A DNA stretch of 64,000 bases, taken from NCBI GenBank assembly GCA_963924565.1, contig OZ004610.1, forward strand, positions 25,978,001 through 26,042,000, written 5' to 3'. This DNA comes from Ascidiella aspersa (lineage: Eukaryota). Under the pieces are notes generated by a model, which was not told where the DNA came from, did no database searches, and saw only the letters and a list, made by a program, of their open reading frames with translations. Made by a program: the position numbers and the translations under genes. The first letter of the stretch is position 1, and every line of letters begins with the position of its first letter. Shown here piece by piece: positions 11,701 to 24,839 of the stretch.

Positions 11701-14700
11701 ATTTTAACATACCAAAAATACAGTCGAAGTGGATCTACGAATAGCGCACAGGCAAAGTGCATCTTTTGCTTGGAAAACTTGACAAACTACCGGGAAACAT
11801 GATGGCGTAAAACGGCTTTCAATAAACCACGGCCCGCGATTCAGATGCTAAACTAACGCGGTTAAATCTTTCGTCCCGCTTCAAATGTCTAAAAAAAGCT
11901 AAAATAAGGTATGATGAACTCCCTAACAATGGTTACGTTCTTTAGGGAATGTTAGTCGAAAGCAAAACTAAACCAATTTCAACTCAACGACAAATTTTTT
12001 CAGCTTTTCTTGTTGAAAGATTTTTTTTCTTTGTTGAAACAGTTAGTGTTGTTCCCCAAAATATCGGGTATAGAGGTATCGCCATAAAATGCGAAATAAC
12101 GGTCGTCGCTAGTTTTGACCCCTCCCGCGTTTAGGGCTACTCTACGTGGCTCGGCGAAAAACGGACGTGGTAAAAACCATCTAACGCAGCACGGACCAGG
12201 GGCTGTGCAATAATAAACGGGACCAGCCATTAGGTGCGCATTAGACATTAGAAGTCGTCTGAATTACAAAACGCAAGCACTAAGTGGCGTGTTCGTATAG
12301 CAACAAAACGATCTCAGAGGCCATTACCTTCCCACGCATGCAATAGACCGGGGAACACGACAAAATCGTATTGCACGAAGTCTTACCGAGTGGTCAAGCA
12401 TACAGGGTGATTACATGCTTGTTTAAGTTATTTTTTACGGACAAGAACCCTTTTTTAACCTTTCTTAGGCGAATGATTTGGCGATGGAAGCTTTACCCAG
12501 TTGCAGTTTACAGCTATGTTGGCTTATTGTCAATTATTTATAGCGGCAACCCAAAAAAGTATTTTAGGAAAATTACACCACCACCTGCCAAAGTATTTTA
12601 TATAATTTACACCTGCAACCGAAAAATTATTTTCCCAATTTACCTAAGCAACCTAACTAAGTATAGTAGTACGGTCGCGATTTTAAACTTAGCAAAGGCA
12701 GCCGAAGCTTTCAAAAGGGCGGTCGTAGCGCAAAGTTTCGCGTGTGCGCGTTTGAATTAAACGATCGAAGGACATTTCCCGTTGCAGGAGCGCTATATTT
12801 ACAGTTATACGCACATCAATAACGACGAAGTTCCGTCGAACTGCAGCGGGCGCTTAGAACCCGCGCTTAGACACGGAGTGCAAATTAAAATGCGTATACC
12901 AGTATTTCTTGAATCCATGGGTTGCGCGAACCAAAATTGGGTCACGATTCGAATTGGTTGGGTCGCCGACTGCAGTAGTTTAACTGGCTAGAATTATTGG
13001 TATTAATTCAGAGCAAGATTTCTACTCAATTAAAGAAAATTGCAGACGCAATACGGAGACATGGCTCACAATAATTAAATTTGAATTTAATATTACTACT
13101 CTCTTATTTAGGCTTTGTTTACTTTAGGCTTACAAAACGTTTATTGAATCGAACTCAATCATAAAACTTCGCTGGTATAAACTTTATTATTTTGGTCGTC
13201 GCGAAAAAAGAAACACTGGCGTACACCACACGCAGGTTGCGACAGCCAAACTAATCCATTTAAGGCAAGACGGGATAAGACAGTTAATGATTTTACGCTC
13301 AATTTGCTAAATACAGACGCGTAAAGCCCTTAAGCTGCATAGATGCAAAAGTAGGAAGATATTCGTTCCTTCTTTATTACAGCAGTAAATTCGCCACCAT
13401 TTCCTGTTATATGCTAGGCTGTTGCGCAAACTATTTATAGAGGGTCTATTGGCACGTTGCAGTCATAGTGGGACGCAGGACTACAAAATTCGATAACGCG
13501 AACTTGTTTTCCGAAGGGTTTTTGCACTTTCCCGTTCAAATGCGTCGTTGTTTGTCAGCAGTCTTCCTGTAGTGTAATGTGGCTGCTAACTACACATAGA
13601 CCGTAAGCTTCCTAATAGCTTTGTCGCAAACCGTTTTCAAACGAAAAGGTAATGTGTTTACCATGGCCTTCCGGGCTAGTTTTCGTGGATTTTTTCAAGT
13701 TAACCGTACTATTTTGGAATTACAAACTACTCAAAATTTCTAAACAAACGTTTTCAAGGATAAGGTAACGTTCCCGTTTACATACGACATTTCGGGCTAG
13801 TTTTCGTGTCTTTTTTCGTGCTAACTGTCAAATTTTGGAGTTACAAACCACTCCTAATTTCCAAACGGAAGTTTTCCAAGGAAAGGGTAACGTTCTCGCT
13901 TACGTAGGACTTCCAGGGCTGATTTTCACGTATTTTTTTGGTATGTTTTTTTAACTGTCAAATTTTGGAATTACAAACTACGTAATATTTTTTCTAATCA
14001 CGATTTCCGCACTCCGTTTTCATTGCGTTTCTGCCGAAAAATCCTAAGTCGTTGCCAATATTGCTTCCGAGACATAAAGCGCTTTGAAGGCAAGTTGAAC
14101 TTCAAACTTTTAGAAACACGGGACTGAAAGCCATTTCGAGTAACATAAAAGCCCATAGGAATAAAACAGAGACAGCCGAGAAAAAGTACATCGGCACTAG
14201 TTATCCATTACAGACAAACACAACACGTACAGAACCAGTTAACTCAACATTCTATTCTCTAATGGAAAAATTCGACAAACAACTCAAACGTAAATTAAAC
14301 TAAAACAAGCATCCGAATCTCACCTTCTGTTTGTTGGCAAAACGAAAAGAAAAAGAAAATGTTGTTTTTGTATTAAGAAGTTTGTTGGCCTGTCGTAAGC
14401 GCTGTATTACAAACACTCGCTAACGGTCTTATAAAAAAACAGGATATTTCTGAGGCAGGAATTTACTTTAAAAATCAATGTCAAAGCAAAATAGGTCGAG
14501 GCAATCGAAATCATCTTGATAAAGACGTTTTAATACGCACTTGTATTCATCGTTCCACGTTTTATAAGTGAGGTTTGGATATAATCCAGTCGCATTAACT
14601 GGTGATAATACAAGTGCGCATCGCAACGTTTTTTTTGAATGATATCGATTTACTTGATTTACTTGTTAGACTTTGACATTCATTATTAAGCTACATTACA

Positions 14701-17700
14701 GATCCGTGAATATTGTTCCTAAGAAATGTATTTCATATTTGCTCCAAACCGTTGGTATTTCTCTAAAAGCACATTTCAAATTAAAAAAACCTCTAAAATT
14801 ATAATCAATTAAAAAACTAAATTAAAAATAACATTCGGAAAAGGGTATAGTGGGCAAATTAACATACAATGACTAACGCGAAAAAATAAAGGGCCTTTAA
14901 AAACAATGCTAGTTCGTTTAAATTGACGTCAGCTTGTTACCGCCTTAAATGGCTGGCACATACAAGAAATTTTCGCCAAATTGGATGTTGGTACCGTTTA
15001 GCGTTCGACAGATATGTCAGCAACTGCTTCCCATAAAGCGATTGGCAAATATTCGGACGTTCGTGTTTTTTTCCGGGAAAAAACATGACGCAAAAGAAGT
15101 GTCAAACGCCAAACGGGGAGTTTTCATTTCCAAGAGAAGTTTACTGCGAGATTTTAACTGGGCTTCAAGCACTTGGGGAGAATTGAAGCGGATACTCATG
15201 CAATGCAACAGTGGCAGTTTTATGATGGGCGTTTTTTTCACTTGAATATACATTATGTGTGGCTTAACCTAGTTGTAATGAATGTTTACAAATATTTTAA
15301 GAAATCGTCTTACCCTCCTAGTCCACCGAGTAACAACTTCACTTTCACTTTGTATTGAACGATGATTCCCAAATTTTCTTTCGGAATTCCTTCCTTTAAT
15401 CTGCAAAGAAATTCATTAGCTTTTTTAAAATGTTCAACTTACAAAGAACTACACAATTGACTCCTCAAATCTCAATCGGTATAATAAATTTGGGATTAAA
15501 AATCCAACTGTTCGAGCATGTCGAGAAATACTATTGAGGCGTCAGTGCTTGTTTAACAGAAAATGTAAATTTACATTCATTGGGCTTCAACCAAACTGTT
15601 CTACAAAACAAACTAACAAGTAGTATAACCCATTTTTCACTGCAGCAAGTGAAACGACTAGAAAGCTTAAGGTCAGAGGTTAATCCTTACATAGTGCTCG
15701 ATGCCAGGTTTGTGTCTTCGTGCTTTAGCTGTCCGTCCAGCGCCAGACCTCGCTTGTCCTTGTTGTTGCTAAGCAACGGACAGATCTGGTAGACTTTGCA
15801 TAATGTGGAGCTAGGTGCGACTTGGTCACTACAAAAATTGGACAAGGTGGTCAGTTTGTTATTAAGGCAAGATCAAATTAGTGGCAAAAGGCTTAAGGTA
15901 CACGGATACAGTATTTAAAATAGGGTTGGCAGAACGCTGGACAAAAAAGGTCAAGAAAAAAGTCTTTAAAAAGGTAATTTCCATTTTCTTTGAACTGATT
16001 TAAAAGTCAAAAGGCTACACTCAACGGAAATAATATATCATCATTGCTGCCAATTTATAGGGATTTCTACCAAAAAATTAATAAACCGGAGAACTATGCA
16101 TATTAAAATAAAACAGCCTTGTTAAACAATGTTTGGGATGTGATTACAAAGTAATATCAGCTAACATGACCAAACGGTCACCAACATTAACATATTATAA
16201 ACTACATATGTTTTAATCCAGTCTTTGTTGATTGCATGTAGAACAAATGCGAAGTTGTAATTCACGGCATTTCGTGACATCTAAAAATCGATTGTGGAAG
16301 TAAATACAGCAACATTAAACTACGTACCAAAATTAGCAAAAACATGACGGAAACACACAGGCATATGCAAATCATGTGAGTGGAATTTGTTAAATACATC
16401 ATTCAGCCAGTAAACTTTAGCTTGCAACAAAAAAATGCTGTTAGCATAAAATTTTGCCATTCATCATTTAACTGTATAACAAAAACCATGTTTGAAAATA
16501 TAGTTTCTGTAGCGCATATCCTTAGTATCACTTGCCCAAAATTTCACATAACCATGTTTGAAGGAATTACCAAGTATAAGACATTGATACACACATATGT
16601 TGCACTGAATGTGTGATATTGGAAATCAAGTTGACTTTTTGGAAAACAAATGATTGGAAATTACCTTAACTCTTCCAAAACAAACCCCGAATATGTAACA
16701 GCAGAATGGTCTAACAATGTTAGTGTAAACGTAAGAAGAAAAATTAAACATCTCCAAAGTGTCTGGCCTTAACGCTAGCATTGCTAGACCATTTTGGTGT
16801 TCCTGTACATATAGTTCAGATTTTTCTTTCTACATTGAAACATTTCTACTTACTCAGCTTCGAACAATGCAACAGGACACTTGTACTGTGCATTCGAGAA
16901 GAGACAAATGTCGGCGATTTGTCTCACAGAGATTTTGATCTTTTTGACTGCTTTTGACGAGTTGTTGGTGACTTGTACGTTGACCCCAATGGACTCTCCG
17001 TGGTAGTACAACTGAAAAGAGGGTTAAATAAAGTTCACATAAGGTAACATGCTAGTGATATGGGTAAAACTTGCAATGATTTTATGCCTAATTAATCCCA
17101 TAGGTAGGTCCACATAAATTATGAATTAATTTTTTTAATATTCAAATTTTAACCCCAAAACTTAACCATCTAGAATCTAGATGCACATTATCCTCAACAA
17201 GGGCATAAGGAGCCAACGGAAACTGTTCTGTTATCAATGCTAAGTGTGAAGGGTTCCGAAATCACATTTAAACTAAAATTTAAAATGGGGTTGCAGACTG
17301 AAAAGTGTAAAAAACCTACTTTTGAGTGTAAAAAACAGATATAAACTGACCGATTTGTCGAGCGACGCTTCCAGACAAAGGGGCTTGTCGCTCAAGAGAA
17401 ACTGCTTTTGCACTTCAGCAGTGGGCTGCGGTCCCTTTTTGTCCGGGGCAAACTGTACTTTGCGGATCGCCAGGCGGACCGAGTTTCTAAGGAAATGAGA
17501 AAATGGAAATAAAAATTAAGGTAATAACTGAAGCCGGAAAATATATTATAGATCGACTGATGTTTTTGCCAAGTGTTAAGATACCTTAAACAGATTAAAC
17601 ACAAAATGCAAATAACATTTAGTTTATCTGCCTATTCATTCATAAAAATCTTGTTTTGATTAACTTTGCTTTATATTGAACACTGCAATACAGGCACTAT

Positions 17701-20700
17701 ATTAAAGTCAGCCATAAAAATTTCAAAAAATATCAAATTTGTTATGTTTTTTAGTAAAAGCTATGTAATGTATTTATAGTAAAATATTTGCAAAGCAATC
17801 GTCCAAAATTTACTAGTACACCGATATATTGGTTGGAGCAGAATATCGGCCAACATTATTGCTAAATTGGTATATTTGTCTATGTCTTCAAAATGTGGAT
17901 TTGTCATGGATTTACACTACAAAGAAAATACTTCTGTAATGTGGAAAACTTACCTTTAAATTGATCAATTGACCGACATTTCTGTACATGCTTTGAGTCA
18001 GAAAAGTAAATTACCTTTTGTGAATTTTCTGTTCTGCATCTTCCACATAGGTTTTCAACTCGTAATCGACGCCACAAGGCTTGCCAGTGTCGCCCGGCGC
18101 CGGCTGCAATGTAACCGAGCAAGGAGAGTCTTTGGGGATCTAAATAATAAAATATTTTTGAAAAAACAACATCAAATAAAATGCCAACAATTATAAAAAA
18201 TATCTTTTAAAATTAATGAATTATGAAAAAAAAATTTTTTTTTCGCACAAACAAGATCTTTTTACAAAATACTACACAAAAGCAAGAAACTAGAATAAAA
18301 AATATTTTAGTAAGAGTTGTAACATCCCTAATTGGATATTGGCAGCCCTAGAAACCAATTAAAACTTTCTTTGTCTTGTCAAATAAACGCAAAGCCTGCA
18401 TACTGTAAAATATTCATGGGAGAATATAGTATCTGGCAAATTATTTAGTTTTAAAGTCATCTGGGAATTGACAGCGTGGCTTTGGAGTATGGAAGTCTGT
18501 AATCTATATATTGATAGAAAAGGAGTGTATCAAACAAAGCATAACGGATACTAAACATTCCTGAAAATAGCAAAAAACAGAAAGAAATATCACAAAGTTT
18601 GTAAGCAGTTTAACTAGAGCTCTTTAAACTTACGGTATTGGCAATCTTAGTGGTTAAGTTTTAAAGTCCACACCGCTGAATAGTTTATAAATATTAACTG
18701 TTTGCTTTCAACCTAATAAAGTTCTGTTGAAAATAACACCTATGCAGATGTGGTGAAACATTATAAGCAAAAGAAATAAGCTATTGCTGGAGTCATTTGT
18801 TGTTTTGGAAAATCAATTAAACTGGCGGAAGAATGTAATATGACAACACCTTTAACCAAGCCAATGTTGTTTTGGTTAAATGAAAGATAATGAAAGCGAA
18901 AAACCAGAGCACTCACATCAATATAAAATGGGTAGGCATGTTCGCCAAGCTTCTTCATGAGTCGCTCCTGTAGCCTTGTGCGAGGTTTTTTGTCTTCTTC
19001 TTTTAACGGTGGGTAGACCTGTGGAAATATACAGCCAATGGTCATATACAATCTAAACCACGGCCAAAGCACATCATATTTGGGGTTAAATTTGTTTGAA
19101 TTTACGTGGGAATAAAAATTACGAAATTCAGCAAGGCACACTTCAAATTAAGAATGGATTAACCTAAAGGTTATTGATCGTTTGTAAAAGTTATGGTTAT
19201 TATGAACTGGTAAAGCACCACTTTACAAATTCCTTTTCATTACTGACAACATTTTAATCCAATAAATTATTTACGTTACCAAAAACAATTCAAAATTCAA
19301 TAGCGAATTCTCTGTTCAAAAATAATAGGAGGGTGCCTGCAATTATTGAGCATACATTTCAGAGTAATGTAAATTGCCAATTTAAAGCAAAAAGTTTGAC
19401 ATCGTGATTTTTTCAACAGTCGGGTTAATTTACAATATGTTCTTACAAAGGCAAAAATGCAATTTAAAAAAAATGTCAATTCAGAAAATAAAATATAGGC
19501 CCTCTTTTTAAATGTTTATTTTGATGAATAGAACAGGGGTGGGCTACTATTTTTGACAGCGGGTCGAGTGAGAAACAGAAAATATTTTGGCGGGCTGTAT
19601 CAATAAAGGTGTTCTAGAACCTAGAATAAACAAAATACAACATGAGATTTCTTTTAAAAGATATATCCTGATTTTGACAACCTGGTAAGAGAGTAGGAAT
19701 AGGTGAGGATTCATTACAAGAGTAACGCATTCAATAAAAAAATGTATGGCTTACTTTTGCCTAAAATAGTTTTATTGAAAATGAGCTGCGGGCCGAACTA
19801 TATTGCTTGGCGGGCCACATCCAGGCGGGCCGTAGTTTGCCCAGACCTGGTTTAGAAGATGATGATCTATAAAGGCTATTTTTATTTAATACGGACAGTC
19901 CTACACAAATTTAATATTGGCATTTGTATAGCTAAGGTTAAAATTGTGAGGAATTTGTTTATGAATGGAATAACAATAATAAATTTCTGTGTATGTGTTT
20001 GACAAAGAGTAGCGCTACCTGTATCGTTGTGGTGCAAAAGTCTTTGCGAAAGGTCAGGCCAAGCACATCGAGGTCCTCCCTACCATATCTGAATGCACAC
20101 AGCAACTTGACATTCACTGAAAGAAAAAAATACATAACATTGAGACAAATACCTCTGTAGGCATTTCTGAATCTAGAATATTTTGATTTTTTTTTATTCC
20201 TACCAAAACAACTTGATTATGGAAAAAAAAGATTTATCAGAACTATTTAAAATATGAAGGAAATTTAATTTTAAAAGCAAAACAAGGATGGAATATAAAT
20301 CACACAAATCTGTTTTACCCACGTCAAAATTTTAACTAGTTGGGCTTAAATCTGTTTAACATTATATACAAAGAAAAACTGACCTTTTCTTTCTTTGATG
20401 TATTCTGGATCAACCAGGACAACACCATCTGAGAAAGCAATGACAAATAAATAATTTTAATATAAAATCTAATATATTCTAAACTTTATTCAAAAAAATT
20501 TAGCAACTTGCTTTTAAAACTAAATTGTTACATATAAGTAAGTTAAACATAGGGTCATAATAAAATGCAAAATTGGCACATTATGCAAATTACTATAAGA
20601 TTTTTTGTTTAATCAAAAGCACACTTAAAAATCAAATCAACACTAGTGCACATTTATAGTTGCAAAACTAAAAAACAGGATCAATAACACACTGCTTAAC

Positions 20701-21440
20701 CTGGAAATTAACATTAGTCACAAGGTCACATTGAACAGTTTCTGACACAAAGGGTAAATCTAGTCTGGATTGTTGCAAAGATGAAATCACTGCATTATCA
20801 GAATTGCATCAAAGGGTTTTTAGAAAGCACTTAGCACTGGTTGCAGTGTTATGCTTGGACAGGGCCAGGCAGTGACGTACCTATAGGCTCTGTGTGGGTG
20901 ATGTGATCTACGTAATCCCGTTTGCCTAAGTAGGCCGTTATCTGAAAAACATGAAAGGATCTTGTTATAAATCGGTTTTGAATACTCCTACAGTATGCGA
21001 GTGCACAGGGCTACAATTGTAGGCAAAAAGTTTTAGAATAAGTCATCTATACTTATATTTTAAAACTTTCTATTTAAAATTAATATTATTCAAAACAAAT
21101 TTTATTTAATTTTTTTTTCTTTGGTTGAGGGTTGTAGATAAACTTGAGTTTTACTGATCCAATACTGACCTTTCCATTTGGACTACTCTTCTTGAAAACC
21201 CTGAACAAAAAGTTTACCATTAATTATAAAATACAGACTTTATTGAATAGATTTAGCAGATTAAATTAAGAAAACACTACTTTATTAGTACTATCCAATT
21301 ACCATAATTTTTTTTTTCACGGACACAAAAAAGAGATATCTTATAAATGACTGTCTAATTAGCACAAACTTTCAAATTAAATTTTTCTGTTAAGCAATTA
21401 TTTCAACATACCTAGTTCCAGCGTTCTTGTCAACCGACAT
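2748..21440 (-). CDS. ARRB1: Beta-arrestin (non-visual arrestin, ARRB1/ARRB2-like), 14 coding exons, 426 aa
   Basis: Exons in transcript order: 21412-21440, 21170-21200, 20881-20941, 20384-20428, 20019-20116, 18917-19018, 18015-18139, 17351-17486, 16854-17011, 15691-15828, 15314-15400, 7923-8102, 6579-6634, 2748-2782. All introns are GT-AG with consistent phases (1281 nt). Translation: [34 protein letters not shown]...[20 protein letters not shown]...[20 protein letters not shown]...[11 protein letters not shown]...[20 protein letters not shown]...[15 protein letters not shown]...LISFEP...[25 protein letters not shown]. Finger loop, polar-core residues, clathrin box and AP-2 motif are all recognisable. 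The symbol denotes the family; one-to-one orthology to ARRB1 is not established. Confidence 0.96.
7777..7794 (-). CDS. Candidate 18-nt alternative microexon of beta-arrestin (LISFEP-RFLIFKL-STPPDD)
   Basis: Minus strand reads ttctattttgttgttgttgttttaatggcag|ATTCTTGATATTCAAACT|gtaagt. Symmetric phase 2, no stop, perfect GTAAGT donor. Confidence 0.5.
11385..11606. mobile_element. hAT-like MITE (222 bp)
   Basis: TIRs cagtggtttccaa / ttggaaaccactg; near-TSD tttctaac / ttctaaac. Confidence 0.75.
13632..13981. repeat. Diverged tandem repeat, three units of ~121 bp
   Basis: Recurring gggct...tttc...attttgga.ttacaaac blocks with anchors at 13673, 13794 and 13916. Confidence 0.8.
14324..14326 (-). 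CDS. Candidate 3-nt alternative microexon (AAG) of beta-arrestin
   Basis: Minus strand reads ...cattttctttttcttttcgttttgccaacaaacag|AAG|gtgaga: long pyrimidine tract, TGC motif near the AG, consensus donor. It sits in the phase-2 intron, where GG|AAG|C gives Gly-Ser. Confidence 0.6.
19534..19849. mobile_element. hAT (Charlie-like) MITE
   Basis: TIRs caggggtgggc.actat / tagtttgcccagacctg; subterminal gcgggcc repeats; TSD gaatagaa / gtttagaa (6/8). Confidence 0.7.
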
Positions 21441-24400
21441 ATTTGCAAGCAGGCTTAAAAGCACTAAATTATGATACAAAAAATAACAATAACCTTGTTG
21501 AACACCTAAATGAATAAAAAACAGTTTAATTAACATAATTCAGCAGTTTAATTGTGTTAAGCCTTTCAGCTTAAGCCTAGCATGGCTTAAAATAAAAAAA
21601 AGACAATGAGTCCATCATGTTCAACTTATGATAAACAGCTTAGACACATGAAAAATAGACTGGGGACTAAATAAAGCTACTTTGCGATTTAAGATATTGG
21701 GAAGAAGATATATTGTTTTTTGAAAACCAAACAACAAAATTTGTTTTACCATTTAAAACATACAAAACAGCTGTGTTTTAAAACAGTTAGTCATCAAAAT
21801 CACAAAGAATGACGGCAAATATTTTTTCTAGTAATTTTTATTTCACATTTAATTTGTATCTTACTTTGTGATATGAGTATAGGTAAGACAAATCTAAGAA
21901 ACTAACAAAATTTGTAAAATCGCAAAAGTAATAGATTGGTGTGTTTAGTGTAATTAAACAATAAAACACAGCTACCAAAAAGGCGATGAAAAAGTTTTGC
22001 GGCCATCTTTTTAAAGCCTAAATAGGGGAACACCGTTGGAAAAGTGTTTAACTGTTTTTGTGAATGACATATGCATCTTGCAAAGAAATCTGAACTTTTG
22101 CACATTTAAATATTTAGGTCAATGCTGTAAAATGTTTCTCTGCATAATTTTGCCATGTTATTATACAGTGCTGGTAATGCATAAGGACTTGTTAAAGGAG
22201 TAGGCCTACGGGAAAGGATGTGACATCACAGTTTCCTTGTTATAGAAAATAGTCATATCAGTATCGGGTAGTGCAACCAAACCACTTTAGAAACCTCTCA
22301 TGTGAAAGCAAAATTTGACCAAAAAGCACCAGTGATTCGGGCAATAACTTACTAAAAATGCATCTACAAAAGATAAGTGTTTCAAAAAGTGTTGATAAAT
22401 CATTTACAAGCAATTACACTAAAATTATTACATGCAAGAAACAAAATTACAGGTTAATGGAAAGAGTGAAAGGCTCTATGTAACAAACAGTTTATAGAAA
22501 ACAAATTGGTTATTATAAGCATAGCAAATAATTCTTTAATGGCACTAAGTGGCCATTAAACCCAAGGCCTACTCCCAAGGTAGTAAAAAGGAAAATAATT
22601 AAATAAAGATGATGTGCCCTTTAAAGAACCACTATGAAACCTAGTAATTGAAACCACCACAAAGCCTGCTGGTGGCACAGCAATTAATTGAACTTAGAGA
22701 AAAAGTTAAACAACTGAAAATGCAACACACAAAAAAAAAATTCGCAAAACTATTTACTGTGCACTTCTTGCAAACACTAACTACAAATTCAGCATTTTTA
22801 AAACTGCATTTTTCTTAAATTTTCTAAATCACAGGGCACTTGGAAAACAGTTAATATCACCGAATTAATAAATATTGTATGTCATTTCACATTTGTTTGA
22901 TATCCTACATGTCGTGTTAACTTTGGCAAGAAATTGCAAAGTTAAATATACCAAAACCATAATTTGTTCAATTTTAGCGATTAACTAAACAAAATATAAA
23001 TATGTGTAAAACATAGTACAATATTTGGCAGAGTTATAAAGATATAAATTTAGCTATTGAACATTTTCAATTTAGGGGGCGCCAATCAGTTATGTTTTCC
23101 TTTTTGTTATTTTAGATTGCCTCATTTTGTAATTTCAATAACTGTACCATGTGCCATGTGAAGAAATTGAAACTTGCATTGTGATATGTAATTTAATATT
23201 AAAGACTTTGTGATGCATGACTGTCATACAAAGGATTGCTTTTATAAAATTACTACCTTTGTCGATTAAATGTTAACATATCAGGGTTATTGCTGTACTA
23301 AATGTAAGATATTTGGAAATCACTTGACTATTGTAAGAACAAAGTAGACCTCAAACCTCTGATAAGCCACAATATATATATATATATTATATTGCCTGCA
23401 AAGGCATCTTTACGAATACTAGCAAGGTGAGACCATTCTGCTGTTAGGGTAAGTTAACTTATTTTTTTCATAAACTATGAGATTTTTGAAAAACATATTT
23501 TAAATGCTACATAACATTTAGCTCATTAACAGAGTTAAACAGCACAATTTTTATGATAAAACATATACAACGTAAGCTTTTTGGCATACATTCTTCGTGT
23601 AAATTTAGCTCTGGTGTAAAATCTTTACATAAACTTGTTGTATATATGCCTTATGGGAGAAAAGGGTTTTAAAGTAGAATGTAATGTGTGTCTATGTTGT
23701 GAATACACAAAATGTCGCGATCAATCATGATTCATTGATTATTATGTTTTGTCAGTTTAATCTGAAGAAAAGAAATTGTAAAATCAATTAACTTCCAGAT
23801 GCAAAAATACTTAATTTACCATATTTCTCAAAGGATGCTTAGAATAATAACTATACTAAAGAAATATATGAATAAATTTTAGTTAGTACAAACGTTGTAT
23901 ATTTATAGATTTTTAAAAAGAAAAGTATATTAAACTTTGAAATATCAATGTCATTATGGTAAGCAGATATCATTTAAGAAACTAATAGTAGAGCAAACCA
24001 TTACTCAAGTCTCAAACCATTGCGGTTGATACAGACAACTACATTAAATTTATGAGACAAAGTAAGTGAATTGTTTGGTATTTAAGGTCCGGCAGTTTGT
24101 CTTTGATAAACTCGCACAAGCGAAAAATAATCAAATTAAAACAAAATCAAACCAAAAAATTGGCAGATATTGTTTTGATACTTTTGTTATTAAAACAATT
24201 GTATAGAATTTGCGATGGAAAAAACTTAATTCAGGTCTTATGAAAACAACATTCGTGTTGAATTTTAAGCTACCAATTTTACGTCGGATGCTGATTTATC
24301 ATAATCAGCTTTGCCAGAAATTTCTGAACTAAGCCAGTCTTTATTTTTCACCACTTTTCTGAAAGATTTTGGACATAGCTGTGCAGACAAGTTGTTTAAA

Positions 24401-24562
24401 AAAACCCAATACAACTTGTGATAATTTTTTCTTTTAATGCCTTGTAACAAATAAGCACCTAATTCATTGCAAAACAGGATTCGCACACTGAGTTGCTCAT
24501 TACTTGAACAGCTACCTGTTTTGTAAACAACTACAAAATATAATCTGTTTATTACTATAAAG

Positions 24563-24839
24563 CAATGATTCAACTTTTCCAGTTAGCGCACCTCCTAAAC
24601 ATCTTTAAAATATTGGCCGACCCCACAATGTTTACAAAAATAATATTTGAAAAATACAGTACAATAAATATGACTATAACATTCAGTTCGGTACTACTAT
24701 ACTAGTTGCATACAAACTGTCAAAAAATGTATTAAATTTAAAATTCAGTTGAGAAAAAAAAATATATAATGTTGTGTTGACCCCTTGAAACTGTTTCACT
24801 ACTCCCGGGGCTGCACAGAGCCCAGTTTAAAAACCATTG
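24563..24839. mobile_element. Degenerate hAT-like MITE
   Basis: Ends caatgattcaac / aaaaccattg; flanks ctataaag / ctttaaac. Confidence 0.45.
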
